Virus record (IMG/VR): IMGVR_UViG_3300037045_000162
Span: 1-41,635 of that record
DNA from: a virus
Lineage: Duplodnaviria > Caudoviricetes
DNA: 41,635 nucleotides
Reading direction: 5' to 3' (one strand)
Shown: positions 16,382 through 26,550 of the stretch, piece by piece
Position numbering within the stretch: the stretch's first letter is position 1
How the letters are laid out: each line of letters starts with the position of its first letter
Translations under genes and position numbers: made by a program
The notes under the pieces: model-generated
Told to the model about the DNA's origin: nothing
Database searches by the model: none
Seen by the model: the letters and a program-made list of their open reading frames with translations, nothing else

Positions 16382-17181
16382 TGAGCTGGAAAATCAGTAT
16401 TCCGTTTCCTTTTGTGCCGGGGGAGTATTACCGGGTGAGTCAACGGTTTGGGGAGAATCCGCAGTATTACAGTCAATGGGGGCTGGCGGGGCATAACGGG
16501 ATCGACTTTGCCTGCCCGACGGGGACGCGGATCTTGGCGGTAGCGCCGGGGCAGGTGACGCAGGTGCGCACGGACGGGACGGGGTATGGGCATCATGTGC
16601 GGGTGGCGCATACGGCCTTCGGGAAGCGGTTCGAGGCGATTTATGCGCATTTCAGCCAGAACATGGTGGAGCCGGGGCAGACAGTGGAGGTGGGCACGGT
16701 GCTGGGGCTGAGCGGCAACACGGGCAACAGCACGGGGCCGCATTTGCATTTCGAGATCCGGCCGGAGAGCCAGGCCGCGCCGGGGACGTTTGTGAGCGGA
16801 GCGTTTGCGGTGGATCCAGAGCCTTTCTTTGTGGCGTATACGCCGGACCAGACGCCGGCGGCGGTGTTGTATGCGGTGAAGGTGCTGCCGTGGGACGGGC
16901 TGGTGATCCGCTCGCAGCCGTTGGTGAACAATGCCAACCGGATCGGGGTGCGGCTTGCAGGGGCGGTGTTCGAGGTGGTGGAAGAGACGGTGGACGCGGG
17001 CGGTAACAAGTGGGTGCGGGCGAACAGCACGGTGCAGCAGTGGAGCTGCTGGGGGCTGGGCGGGAATGTGTGGCTGGCGGTGGTTTCTGCGGTGACGCCG
17101 CCGGAGGTGGTTGTGCCGGACGTGCTGAGCGATGCGGAGAAGCTGGAAGCCCTTTGGATCCATCACCCGGAGCTGCATTGA
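16378..17181 (+). CDS. Endolysin, M23 peptidase with an SH3-like domain
   Basis: HNGID, YAH and STGPHLHFE motifs. Confidence 0.9.
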   Translation: MMSWKISIPFPFVPGEYYRVSQRFGENPQYYSQWGLAGHNGIDFACPTGTRILAVAPGQVTQVRTDGTGYGHHVRVAHTAFGKRFEAIYAHFSQNMVEPGQTVEVGTVLGLSGNTGNSTGPHLHFEIRPESQAAPGTFVSGAFAVDPEPFFVAYTPDQTPAAVLYAVKVLPWDGLVIRSQPLVNNANRIGVRLAGAVFEVVEETVDAGGNKWVRANSTVQQWSCWGLGGNVWLAVVSAVTPPEVVVPDVLSDAEKLEALWIHHPELH

Positions 17182-17534
17182 TGGCGAACAGGCCGGCACG
17201 GCCGTGTTCTGCTGGCGGGTGCCCGAATCTGGTGACGAAGGCGGGCAGATGGTTTTGTGATGAGCATCTGCGCGAGCGTCAGCGGGCGGAGAGTGCGGAG
17301 CGGCGCAGGGATGGCAGGCATGCGGATTATGGGCCGAGTTGGCGGATGATCAGCGCCAGGTTTTTGCAGGCGAATCCGTTTTGTGCGTGCGGGGCGCGGG
17401 CGGTGCTGGTGCATCATGTGGTGGAGCGGCGGGATGGGGGCACGGATGCGTACGGGAATCTGATGGCGATGTGCAGGTCGTGTCATAGCCGGCTGCATGC
17501 CAGGCAGCGGGGAGGGGTGGGTGAGAAAAAATAG
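17181..17534 (+). CDS. HNH endonuclease (packaging-associated)
   Basis: PC..GCPNL...CDEH; VHHVVERRDGG...NLMAMCRSCHSRLH. Confidence 0.88.
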   Translation: MANRPARPCSAGGCPNLVTKAGRWFCDEHLRERQRAESAERRRDGRHADYGPSWRMISARFLQANPFCACGARAVLVHHVVERRDGGTDAYGNLMAMCRSCHSRLHARQRGGVGEKK

Positions 17535-17839
17535 CCCCGGTTTTGACCCCCGTGTTTTTACCCCCCGGTTACCCCCCAGGATAGCCCCCCATGCCTGGCT
17601 GGGTGCGCCGGGCGGCGGGTGGCTGCGGGGTGCGGTGCGGAAGGCGGCGGGTCGGCCGGGGGCGCTGGTGCGGAGCGGGGGCAGGACGCTGAGGCGGACG
17701 GTCTGCTGGTGGGGCGGATGGTCAGCGCGGGGAGCGGGGAGGCGGCCGGGTGCGGCTGGTTTTCGGCGTTGAGCGGGCTGGTCAGCGCGTTGGTGGGCGG
17801 AGGATGGATGGCTGAGGCGGATGGTCAAGGGTTTGGGGA

Positions 17840-17945
17840 TACGGGAGAGGGTAAGGGCGTTTGGATCTCTGTCGATGCGTATAGTCGGCGGCGTTGCGGT
17901 AATCTCGGCGAAACACCCGCGAATTAGACCCCCCTGGGGGGTAGC
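17840..17945. other. Candidate cos/packaging initiation region
   Basis: Non-coding stretch between HNH and P27-type terS, the usual cos location in HK97-like phages; the exact cut site cannot be determined. Confidence 0.4.
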
Positions 17946-17956
17946 GTAAAGGAGCA

Positions 17957-18445
17957 ATGGAAATGAGACCAGGACCGACACCAAAACCAACCGCACTGAA
18001 GAATCTCTCCGGGAATCCGGGGAAGCGTGCGTTGAATGGTGTCGAACCACAGTTCGATGTTCCGGGGCGGATGCTGCCAGCGCCGGATTATCTGACCGAG
18101 GAAGGCAAGGTGATCTGGCGGGATCTGGGGAAGATGCTCTTGAATGCGGGGCTGTTTGCGACAGTGGATAAGTATGCGTTGGGCATGTTCTGCGCCAGCG
18201 CGGCGCGGTGGATGGAGGCTGAGCGCAAGCTGCAGGAAGAACCGGCGGTAATTACTTCGCCGACCACGGGGGCGCTGTATCAGAGCCCGTGGCTTGCTAT
18301 TGGCAATCGTGCATGGGATCAGATGCGGCGGATGTTCAGTGAATTCGGGCTGACACCGGCTGAACGGTCCCGGCTGCGAGTGGCAACGAACGAAGATGAG
18401 CCGTCATTGGCGGAACAACTGTTTTCGATGGTGAACAATGATTGA
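17957..18445 (+). CDS. terS: Terminase small subunit, P27 family
   Basis: PKPTALK..GNPGKR...SEFGLTPAERSRL. Confidence 0.92.
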   Translation: MEMRPGPTPKPTALKNLSGNPGKRALNGVEPQFDVPGRMLPAPDYLTEEGKVIWRDLGKMLLNAGLFATVDKYALGMFCASAARWMEAERKLQEEPAVITSPTTGALYQSPWLAIGNRAWDQMRRMFSEFGLTPAERSRLRVATNEDEPSLAEQLFSMVNND

Positions 18446-20111
18446 GTTTACGTATCAGCAATATGTGGATGATGTTCTGAGCGGGAAGCAGGCTGCATGC
18501 AAGTGGGTGCGGCTGGCTTGCGAGCGTCACATGAACGATCTGGAGCATGGTGCTGAGCGGGGACTCTTTTTTGACGAGGTTGAAGCGAAAAAGGCGATCG
18601 CCTTTTTCCATTTGCTGAAACACAGCAAGGGCGAGTGGGCCGGGCTTCCGCTGCACATTGAACCCTGGCAGCAGTTCAACATTGCCATGTTGATCGGCTG
18701 GAAGCGAGCCGATGGTGCACGCCGGTTTCGCACGAGTTACCTGGAAGTTGCGCGGAAAAACGGAAAGACGACACTGGCGGCAGGTTTGGGATTGTATCTG
18801 ATGCTGGCAGATGGTGAGCCAGGGGCCGAGATCTACTCGGTGGCCACGAAACGCGACCAGGCGCGAATCTCGCACAGCGAAGCGACCCGCATGGCAAAGT
18901 CTTCACCGGCCATCAGCCGGGAAGTGACGATCTTCCGGGACAACATCCACATCCTGGACACGGCGAGCAAGTTTGAACCGCTGGGTGCGGATGATAACAC
19001 TATGGACGGCCTGAACGTGCACGGCGTGCTGGCGGATGAGGTGCATCGCTGGAAAAACCGCGATGTTTGGGACGTGATGGAAACTGCCACGGGATCCAGA
19101 CGACAACCGCTGATGTTCGCGATCACCACGGCCGGTTATGACCGCAACAGCCTGTGTTTTCAGCAGCACGATTACACCTGCAAGGTGCTGGAAGGGGTGA
19201 TTGAAGATGATTCCTGGTTTGGATTGATCTACACGATTGATGAGGACGACGAATGGGACGATGAATCGGTGTGGATCAAAGCCAACCCGAACCTGGGTGT
19301 ATCAAAAAAGCTGATCGATATGCAGACGCTGGCCAAACGGGCAAAGGAAATGCCATCGCAGATGAACGCATTCCAGAGGCTGCACCTGGATTTGTGGACA
19401 CAGTCTGAGACGAAGTGGATCAGCTTTGAACACTGGTCCGCCTGCTCCGGGGCGGTGGATGCCCTGGGATTGCGGGGGCGGTCCTGTTATGGAGGGCTGG
19501 ACCTTTCGGGTAACACCGATATTTCGGCGTTCGTGCTGGTTTTCCCGCCAGCGACTGATGAAGACAATTTTGACATTTTGTGGAGGTATTTCGTTCCGCA
19601 GGATGCGATCCTGGAACGTGCCCGGCGGGACCGGGTGCCGTATGACGTGTGGGTGCGGCAGGGTTTCATCACCGCCACGCCGGGGGCGGTGATCGATTAT
19701 GAGTGGATCCTGCACCAGATCGATGAAGACGCAAAGGTGTATGACATTCGCGAGATCGCATTTGACCGGTGGGGTGCGACGAAAATCCAGACAGCGTTGA
19801 TGGAAAAAGGCGGGGATGACTGGCTGGTGCAGTTCGGCCAGGGATTTGCCAGCATGGCGCCACCGATGAAGGAACTTGAGCGGCTGATCCTGGAGCATAA
19901 GCTATCGCACGGGAATCACCCGGTATCAAACTGGATGGCGAATAACCTGGTGGTGCGAATGGACCCGGCGGGCAATCTGAAGCCGGATAAAGATAAATCG
20001 ATTGAAAAAATCGACGGCATGGTGGCGATGGTGATGGCCCTGGATCGGGCATTGAGGCACCAACCGCCAAAACGGTCGGTATATGAAGACCGCGGATTGC
20101 TGGCGGTATAG
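18438..20111 (+). CDS. terL: Terminase large subunit
   Basis: Walker A VARKNGKT, Walker B VLADEVH, ITTAG, GLDLS and KIDG motifs. Confidence 0.96.
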   Translation: MIEFTYQQYVDDVLSGKQAACKWVRLACERHMNDLEHGAERGLFFDEVEAKKAIAFFHLLKHSKGEWAGLPLHIEPWQQFNIAMLIGWKRADGARRFRTSYLEVARKNGKTTLAAGLGLYLMLADGEPGAEIYSVATKRDQARISHSEATRMAKSSPAISREVTIFRDNIHILDTASKFEPLGADDNTMDGLNVHGVLADEVHRWKNRDVWDVMETATGSRRQPLMFAITTAGYDRNSLCFQQHDYTCKVLEGVIEDDSWFGLIYTIDEDDEWDDESVWIKANPNLGVSKKLIDMQTLAKRAKEMPSQMNAFQRLHLDLWTQSETKWISFEHWSACSGAVDALGLRGRSCYGGLDLSGNTDISAFVLVFPPATDEDNFDILWRYFVPQDAILERARRDRVPYDVWVRQGFITATPGAVIDYEWILHQIDEDAKVYDIREIAFDRWGATKIQTALMEKGGDDWLVQFGQGFASMAPPMKELERLILEHKLSHGNHPVSNWMANNLVVRMDPAGNLKPDKDKSIEKIDGMVAMVMALDRALRHQPPKRSVYEDRGLLAV

Positions 20112-20116
20112 GAGGA

Positions 20117-20335
20117 ATGATGCTGCGCTTATATCCCGTTTTACGAACTGTTGTGGTGAATCTCAAATCTGGCACGGTGTTCCGGGGCGTGGTGTGGAGA
20201 AAGCGTTTTGGTTACCTGATCTTGCGAAATGCCGAAATGATTCACGGAAAAGGCGAACGAATTCCGGTGGACGGTGAGGTGCTGATCGAGCGGGCCAATG
20301 TCGATTTCATCCAGGTGATGCAGGCGGTGAACTGA
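20117..20335 (+). CDS. Small Sm/LSm-like fold protein between terL and portal
   Basis: VVVNLKSGTVFRGV...LILRNAE...VLIERANVDFIQ resembles Sm1/Sm2 motifs; AGGAGG RBS. Confidence 0.55.
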   Translation: MMLRLYPVLRTVVVNLKSGTVFRGVVWRKRFGYLILRNAEMIHGKGERIPVDGEVLIERANVDFIQVMQAVN

Positions 20336-22263
20336 TGCCAATCGTTGTATCGGAATCGAATCTGATCAATATGCCAGCGAACTGGTGGCCAACCGGCGGC
20401 CAGGGCGGCAGCATTACGCTGTACGACCAGCACAGCTACGAGTATGCGAAGCTGTACAAAACGCAGCCGAACGTGCGCACCTGTGTGGATTTTCTGGCAA
20501 GGAATATTGCCCAGCTGGGGCTGCACGTTTTCCGGCGCGAGGGGGACGACAACCGGGTGCGGCTGCGGGATCATCCGCTGGCGAGCGTCATCAACCGGCC
20601 ACTGCCGGCAGACTTCAAGGTGACACGCTATCGGCTGATCGAATCGCTGATCAGTGACATGGGCATCTGGTTCAACGCGTACTGGCTGAAGATCAAGGTG
20701 AAGGATGGTCCGCTGGGGCTGCTGCGGCTGCCGCCGCAGTTTGTGACAGTCTACGGCGGCCTGGTGCCGGAACGGTACGAGTTCAGCTATGGGGGCATGC
20801 TGAAAAAGTACACGCCCCAGACGGTTGTCCATATTCGGGGTTACAACTCGGAGAGCAACGTTTTCGGGCTTTCGCCGATGGAAACCCTGCGGCGCATCCT
20901 GGCCGAGGAATTTGCAGCAGGTGATTACCGGGAGCATTTCTGGCGCAATTCGGCGCGCATGGGTGGGGTGATCGAACGGCCACTGGCTGCGCCCAATTGG
21001 GAGCCGAAAGCGATGCAGCGGTTCAAGGCCGAGTTTGAGGCGCTGTATTCCGGGGGCGAAAACAGCGGGAAGACGGCGATCCTGGAGGAGGGCATGACCT
21101 GGAAAACTTCCACGTTCAACCCGAAGGACTCGGAATACCTGGAAGGGCGGCGGTTGACGCGTGAGGAATGCGCCAGGGCGTATCACATCCCGCCGCCGCT
21201 GGTGGGCATCCTCGATCGGGCGACGTTTAACAACATCGCCGAACAGCACAAAATGCTGTATACGGATGTGCTGGGGCCGTGGCTGACGATGGTGGAGCAG
21301 GACGTGGATCTGCAACTGCTGCCGGAATTTGATGACACGGACGGGGTGTATGTGGAGTTCAACATCGCCGAGAAACTGCAGGGCGATTTTGAACAGCAGA
21401 GCAAGAGCCTGCAGAGCGCCATCGGGCGGCCGTGGATGACGGCGAATGAAGGCCGGGCAGTGATGAACCTGCCGCGGCTGGATGATCCTGGAGCGGATGA
21501 GCTGGTGACGCCGCTGAATGTGTTGATGGGAGCGCAGGCCAGCCCCCGCGACAGCGCACCAAAGGAAAAGGGAATCAAAGAGATCAAGCTGGCGGCTGCC
21601 AACAGCTATCAGCCGGAAATGCATGAGGCTCATCGGCTGAAATGGACGGAGGCGCTGGCCAGGCATTACCGGCGGCAGGAAAAGGCGATCCTGGCGAAAC
21701 TGCCGGCAGAACTGGGAAAGACGGACATCGGCGGTGTGTGGTGGGACGACGAACGCTGGAATGCCGAACTGTATGAGGACATCCTGCGGCTGAACATCAT
21801 GACGGCGGTGGCCTGGGCGAAGTACATCGCGCTGCTGTTCGGGGTGGAACTCTCGGAAGAGTGGATGATGCCGTGGCTGAAAGAACATGCCCAGCGGCAG
21901 GCGGTCTATATCAATGAATACACCAGGGATGAGGTGCAGAAAGCGATCGCTGACCCGGAGCCGCTGGAAGCGGTGAAACGGGTGTTTTTGCTGGCCGGAT
22001 CGGTGTGGGCGGTGCGGCAGGCGATCACAGCGGTGACCAGCGCCTCAAGTTTTGGCGCGTACGAGGGCGCAAAAGCGGCCAAGCTGAAAACCAAGACCTG
22101 GCGGGTGAACAGTACCAATCCCAGGGATGCACATCTGGCGATGGATGGTGAAACAGTCGGGATCCGGGAACGGTTCTCGAATGGGATGCGCTGGCCGGGA
22201 GACCCGAGCGGCGGCGCTGAAAACAATGCGAATTGCAATTGCAGTTTGGAGTTTGGGAGATGA
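20335..22263 (+). CDS. HK97-family portal protein fused to a head-morphogenesis (MuF/SPP1 gp7-like) domain
   Basis: GLSPM, ENSGKTAILEEGM, IPPPLVG and TANEGR portal motifs; C-terminal KTW...RDAHLAMDG...WPGDP...NCNC. Confidence 0.92.
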   Translation: MPIVVSESNLINMPANWWPTGGQGGSITLYDQHSYEYAKLYKTQPNVRTCVDFLARNIAQLGLHVFRREGDDNRVRLRDHPLASVINRPLPADFKVTRYRLIESLISDMGIWFNAYWLKIKVKDGPLGLLRLPPQFVTVYGGLVPERYEFSYGGMLKKYTPQTVVHIRGYNSESNVFGLSPMETLRRILAEEFAAGDYREHFWRNSARMGGVIERPLAAPNWEPKAMQRFKAEFEALYSGGENSGKTAILEEGMTWKTSTFNPKDSEYLEGRRLTREECARAYHIPPPLVGILDRATFNNIAEQHKMLYTDVLGPWLTMVEQDVDLQLLPEFDDTDGVYVEFNIAEKLQGDFEQQSKSLQSAIGRPWMTANEGRAVMNLPRLDDPGADELVTPLNVLMGAQASPRDSAPKEKGIKEIKLAAANSYQPEMHEAHRLKWTEALARHYRRQEKAILAKLPAELGKTDIGGVWWDDERWNAELYEDILRLNIMTAVAWAKYIALLFGVELSEEWMMPWLKEHAQRQAVYINEYTRDEVQKAIADPEPLEAVKRVFLLAGSVWAVRQAITAVTSASSFGAYEGAKAAKLKTKTWRVNSTNPRDAHLAMDGETVGIRERFSNGMRWPGDPSGGAENNANCNCSLEFGR

Positions 22264-22859
22264 CGATTATGAACAAAAAGACCTATCAAGCAGCGATCGA
22301 GTTGAAGCTGGATGAGGGCCAGGAAGGCCAGTTTCGGGCGGTGTTCAGCCGATTCAATGTTGTGGACCATGACGGAGATGTGACCCTGCCGGGTGCGTTT
22401 GAGGACGGGCAGAAGGTGCGGATTGCGTACTGGGGGCACCGCTGGCATGACCTGCCGGTGGGCAAGGGCGTGATCCATGCCAACGAAGAGATTGCCTGGG
22501 TGGACGGGCAGTTCTTCCTGGACACAGCGGCCGGACTGGAGACCTACAAAACGGTCAAGAATCTGGAGGAGCTGCAGGAATGGTCCTACGGGTTTGATAT
22601 TGTGAAGTCCTCGGATGGCAAACACGGGGACAGGCACGTGCGTTTCCTGGAAACGCTGGTGGTGCACGAGGTATCGCCGGTGATGCTGGGGGCGGGAATC
22701 GGCACGGGTACAGTGGACATCAAGAGCGCCGGCGCGAACGCGGGCGCTGAGGATGGTGCGGAGAATAACGACGAAGGCCAGACCGGGGACGGTGTGCCGA
22801 GCGGCGCCTCACCGCAGGTTTATCTAACGCAAATCGATGTTATTGAAATGGAGAGTTGA
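22260..22859 (+). CDS. HK97-family prohead protease
   Basis: DHDGDVTLPGAF, WGH, WSYGF and EVSPV motifs. Confidence 0.9.
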   Translation: MTIMNKKTYQAAIELKLDEGQEGQFRAVFSRFNVVDHDGDVTLPGAFEDGQKVRIAYWGHRWHDLPVGKGVIHANEEIAWVDGQFFLDTAAGLETYKTVKNLEELQEWSYGFDIVKSSDGKHGDRHVRFLETLVVHEVSPVMLGAGIGTGTVDIKSAGANAGAEDGAENNDEGQTGDGVPSGASPQVYLTQIDVIEMES

Positions 22860-24142
22860 TCATGAATCTACAAGAGCAAATCAAGGCGCTGCTGAAACAG
22901 GCGCGGGATATCGCCGAGAAGGCTGAAAAGGAAGACCGCGACTTCACCGCAGATGAGCGGGTAAATGTGGCCAAGCTGCTGGAAGATGCGAAGGCATTGA
23001 AGGAAAAAGCCAAGCAGCAGGAAGGTGACGCTTCTTTGAAGCAGTTCATCAGTGATCTGAGCGACGAGTTTGCCGACCAGCAAAAAGACAAGGGCGCGCA
23101 TGCACCCGCACAGCCCGGCAAGGGACTCACTTTCGGTGAGCAGTTCATCGAATCCGAACAGTGGCAGGCCTGGCTGAAGCAGGTTGCGCCTGGCGGGCGT
23201 GTGCCCGACCGGGCGAAGATCTCTTCGCCGCCAGTCGAGTTCAAGCACTTGCTCAAGGACCTGGTGACCGGGGCCGACGTGACCAGCGCGGGGGCATTCG
23301 TGCAGACTGATTACACGGGGATCTACGAGCCGATTGGCCGTTACCCGTTGACAGTGATGGACCTGATCGCCCGCCGCCAAACCGGCAGCGACCTGGTGGA
23401 ATTTGTGCGCCAGACGGTTCAGGTGCAGGAAGCTGCTGCGGTGCCTGAGTCCAACGTGACCGATTACACCGGTTATCCGGGCGAAGTTTCCGGAAAGAAA
23501 CCGGAAGGCAAGCTCGGTTTTGAGAAGGTGCAGGAAGCGGTCAAGACGATCGCCGTGTGGGTGCCAGCCACCAAGCGGGCATTGTCGGACGCAGCCCAGA
23601 TCCGGGGGATCATCGACCAGGAACTGCGGGATGATCTGAACGAGGAAATGGAAAACCAGATCGTCAACGGCGGCGGGGACGGCGAGAATTTCACCGGCAT
23701 CCTGAATACCCCGCACATCCTGACCCAGCCGTTCAACACCAACATCCTGACCACCACGCGCCAGGCGATCACATCGCTGCGGGTGACCGGCCGGGTGCGC
23801 CCGACCGCGTGGCTGATGAACCCGGAGGACTGGGAAACCATCGAGCTGCTGCAGGACGGAGAAGATCGCTATTACTGGGGCGGGCCGATGGTGCAGGGAG
23901 CCCGCCAGTTGTGGGGGTATCCGGTTGTGGAAAGCCCGGTGGTTACCGCAGGGTCCTGTTTGCTGGGTGACTGGCGCAAGGCCGTGCTGTGGGATCGCGA
24001 GGCCGCCAACATCCAGGTGAGCGACAGCCATGCGGATTTCTTCATCCGCAACATGGTGGCCATTCTGGCCGAACTGCGCGCCGCGTTTGGCGTGATTCGC
24101 CCGTCCGCTTTCTGCGAAGTCGAGCTGACCGACGGATCGTAA
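22856..24142 (+). CDS. Major capsid protein, HK97 fold with N-terminal delta domain
   Basis: KTIAVWVP, NGGGDGENFTGIL, LMNPEDW, LWGYPVV and FIRNMVAILAELR motifs; ends ...TDGS. Confidence 0.95.
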   Translation: MIMNLQEQIKALLKQARDIAEKAEKEDRDFTADERVNVAKLLEDAKALKEKAKQQEGDASLKQFISDLSDEFADQQKDKGAHAPAQPGKGLTFGEQFIESEQWQAWLKQVAPGGRVPDRAKISSPPVEFKHLLKDLVTGADVTSAGAFVQTDYTGIYEPIGRYPLTVMDLIARRQTGSDLVEFVRQTVQVQEAAAVPESNVTDYTGYPGEVSGKKPEGKLGFEKVQEAVKTIAVWVPATKRALSDAAQIRGIIDQELRDDLNEEMENQIVNGGGDGENFTGILNTPHILTQPFNTNILTTTRQAITSLRVTGRVRPTAWLMNPEDWETIELLQDGEDRYYWGGPMVQGARQLWGYPVVESPVVTAGSCLLGDWRKAVLWDREAANIQVSDSHADFFIRNMVAILAELRAAFGVIRPSAFCEVELTDGS

Positions 24143-24194
24143 GGGTTTTGATGAGATCAGGGAGGCTGGTGAAAGCCAGCCTCCCCAGGGAGGC

Positions 24195-25391
24195 ATGATG
24201 CAGATCATCCCGGAAAAAGCAATGGAAATCGGCGGCCTGATGACGCGTGAGGAGCTGGCGGTGCTGTGCAGGATGGCGCGCTCGGCGCAGGTGATCACGG
24301 AATTGGGGTGCTTCAAGGGGCGCTCGCTGGCGGCAATGGGACTGGTGAACCCGCGGGCTGAGCTGCACGGGGTGGATTTCTTTGGGGATATGAGCCACCG
24401 GAATTATGAGGGCTCCACGCTGGAGGCAACACGCAAGAATCTGGAAGGTGTGGGCGTGACGGCTGAATTTCACGTGGGGACGACAGACGAGATCGCACCC
24501 GGTTTTGGGCACAAGATCGATCTGCTGCACATTGACGCTGGGCATAGTTATGAGGAATGCACACGTGACCTGGAAAACTGGGCGCCAAAGATCAACCCGG
24601 GGGGCGGGCTGTGTGTGCATGATTACGGCCCGGCACGGAACGAGAAGCTGGAACGGCCGGAGGTGCAGCAGGCGGTGGACGACTGGCGCAATGCTGACTG
24701 GGCAGAAATTGAGCGGGACGGGGTGATGATCGCGTTCCGGCAGATGATCGCCGAGCGAGGTGTGTTGTATGTGGCGTATGGCGAGAAAGCCAGGGCACAG
24801 GCGCAGGAGAGCATGCGCAGTTTGCGGAAGTTCAGCGACCTGCCGGTGGCGGTGATCAGTGATGAGGCGCTGGAAGGGGCAGATCACATGATCCTGCATG
24901 GGGAAGTTGACAGAGGGGCGCGGGCGCAGAAAACGCGGATGTACTCCCTGTCCCCATTCAAAGAGACATTGTTCCTGGACGCAGACACGGAGCTGGTGAG
25001 TGATCCGGCGTTCGGGTTTGAGCTGCTGGGTTATGTGGATGTGGTCATGGGGCAGGATTCGAGCCGGAAACTGTCTGACGTGAAATGGCCGCACCTGGAT
25101 CAGCATGAATTGAAAATGACACGGGAGGAGATCGGGGTGGATGTGCTGTATTTCAACAGCGGGGCGATCTTCTTCCGGCGCAACGAAGGCACACGCCGGA
25201 TGTTCCAGGCGTGGAGCCGGGAATGGGAGCGGTACGGGAAGCACGACCAGATGGCGCTGGTGCGGGCGATCCACAAAAACCCGGTGAGAATCGCACCGAT
25301 GCGGCCGCCGTTCAACACGCACCAGCAGATGCAGGCGCAGTTTGTCTATCATAATCACCGCTCGGCGAGCAGACAAGGGGCACCGAAATGA
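24195..25391 (+). CDS. Class I SAM methyltransferase (Methyltransf_24-like) fused to a GT-A (GT8-like) glycosyltransferase
   Basis: ELGCFKGRS, LLHIDAGHSYE and VHDY; then GVLYVAYG, LFLDADT, FNSGAIFF and HDQMAL. Confidence 0.85.
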   Translation: MMQIIPEKAMEIGGLMTREELAVLCRMARSAQVITELGCFKGRSLAAMGLVNPRAELHGVDFFGDMSHRNYEGSTLEATRKNLEGVGVTAEFHVGTTDEIAPGFGHKIDLLHIDAGHSYEECTRDLENWAPKINPGGGLCVHDYGPARNEKLERPEVQQAVDDWRNADWAEIERDGVMIAFRQMIAERGVLYVAYGEKARAQAQESMRSLRKFSDLPVAVISDEALEGADHMILHGEVDRGARAQKTRMYSLSPFKETLFLDADTELVSDPAFGFELLGYVDVVMGQDSSRKLSDVKWPHLDQHELKMTREEIGVDVLYFNSGAIFFRRNEGTRRMFQAWSREWERYGKHDQMALVRAIHKNPVRIAPMRPPFNTHQQMQAQFVYHNHRSASRQGAPK

Positions 25392-26245
25392 GCGAAAAAC
25401 GCGGCGTGATCTATATGTGCTGGGGGCAGCAGGCGATCAGCCAGGCAGAGCAAAGCATGCTGGCGCTGTGGCAGCATGAAAAGCTGCCGGTGGCGGTGAC
25501 AGGCGATGCGGAGGCGGTGGCGTATTTTGAGGGCAGGCCGCTGGTGACGACGATCCTGGTGGAGACGGACCCGTTCGATGAAAACGGGCGGCGGGGGCAC
25601 AAGTTCATGGCGGGGCGGATCAAACCGCTGCTGGCCAAACTCTCACCGTTTGAGCAGACGCTGTATGTGGATGCGGACACGGTTTTCAAATCCTCGCCAA
25701 CGGCCGGATTTGGGATGCTGGAATTGGGCTGGGATCTGATCGTAGCGGAAACGCAGACGCGCAGCCTGGTGGACACGATCGCCGGGCCGAGCGAATCGAA
25801 GTGGACGGCGGAGTGGCTGCATACAGAACACGTGCTGTATCACAACAGCGGGATGATCTTCTGGCGGCGCAATGAACGCACCGACAGGGCGTTTGAGCTG
25901 TGGGGCGAGGAGTGGCTGCGCTTCCAGAACTGGGACGAGCAGGTGGCGCTTTTGCGGGCGCTGCTACGGAGTGAGGCGGTTTTCCAGACGGTGCCGTATA
26001 CGTGGAACTGCCGGGACAGGCGTGAGGCGGTGCTGCTGCATCACTGGTTTGGCACCGGGCATGCGCGGACGGAAGGCAGGCGGCAGATGAGCCACCGGGC
26101 TGAGGATTTTGCCGGGCGGGAGCTGGTGCAGGTTGAAGTGGAACCGGGCCGGTGGGCAAAATGCTACTTCGGCGATGAAGAGAAGGTGCGAGAGGCATTT
26201 GAGAATAGAAACAGGAGGCGGAGACATGAAGGGTCCATTGGTTAA
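25388..26245 (+). CDS. GT-A (GT8-like) glycosyltransferase
   Basis: GVIYMCWG, LYVDADT (DxD), HNSGMIFW, DEQVAL, WNC and LLHH; paralogous to the GT domain upstream. Confidence 0.85.
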   Translation: MSEKRGVIYMCWGQQAISQAEQSMLALWQHEKLPVAVTGDAEAVAYFEGRPLVTTILVETDPFDENGRRGHKFMAGRIKPLLAKLSPFEQTLYVDADTVFKSSPTAGFGMLELGWDLIVAETQTRSLVDTIAGPSESKWTAEWLHTEHVLYHNSGMIFWRRNERTDRAFELWGEEWLRFQNWDEQVALLRALLRSEAVFQTVPYTWNCRDRREAVLLHHWFGTGHARTEGRRQMSHRAEDFAGRELVQVEVEPGRWAKCYFGDEEKVREAFENRNRRRRHEGSIG

Positions 26246-26549
26246 AGTGCAGATTGGGGCGCGGCGCTGGGTGAAGATGTATGAAGCAGACGCGATCGCC
26301 AAAGGGTATTTACCGGCAAAAGCCAGGCCGCAGGCGGAAAACAAAATGCGCCAGCCGGCAGCGGACAAGGGTCCACAGGCGGTGGAGCCGGTGCAGGATG
26401 ATTTCCGGGTGATTTCCGGCGTCGGAAAATCAACGGTGGAGGCGCTGCACGAGCGGGGCATCTACACGTTTGATCAGTTAATGGAGAGCGAACTGGATTT
26501 CCTGCCGGGCAAAGTGCGGCAGGCGATCGAGGCGTATTTCGGCGGGTGA
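26226..26549 (+). CDS. Helix-hairpin-helix domain protein
   Basis: DDFRVISGVGKSTVEALHERGIYTFDQL. Confidence 0.78.
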   Translation: MKGPLVKVQIGARRWVKMYEADAIAKGYLPAKARPQAENKMRQPAADKGPQAVEPVQDDFRVISGVGKSTVEALHERGIYTFDQLMESELDFLPGKVRQAIEAYFGG

Positions 26550-26550
26550 A

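Noticed and set aside
17591-17840. ORFs in the G-rich stretch between HNH and terS
   Set aside because: Low-complexity Gly/Arg/Ala translations in all frames, with no clear RBS or motif.
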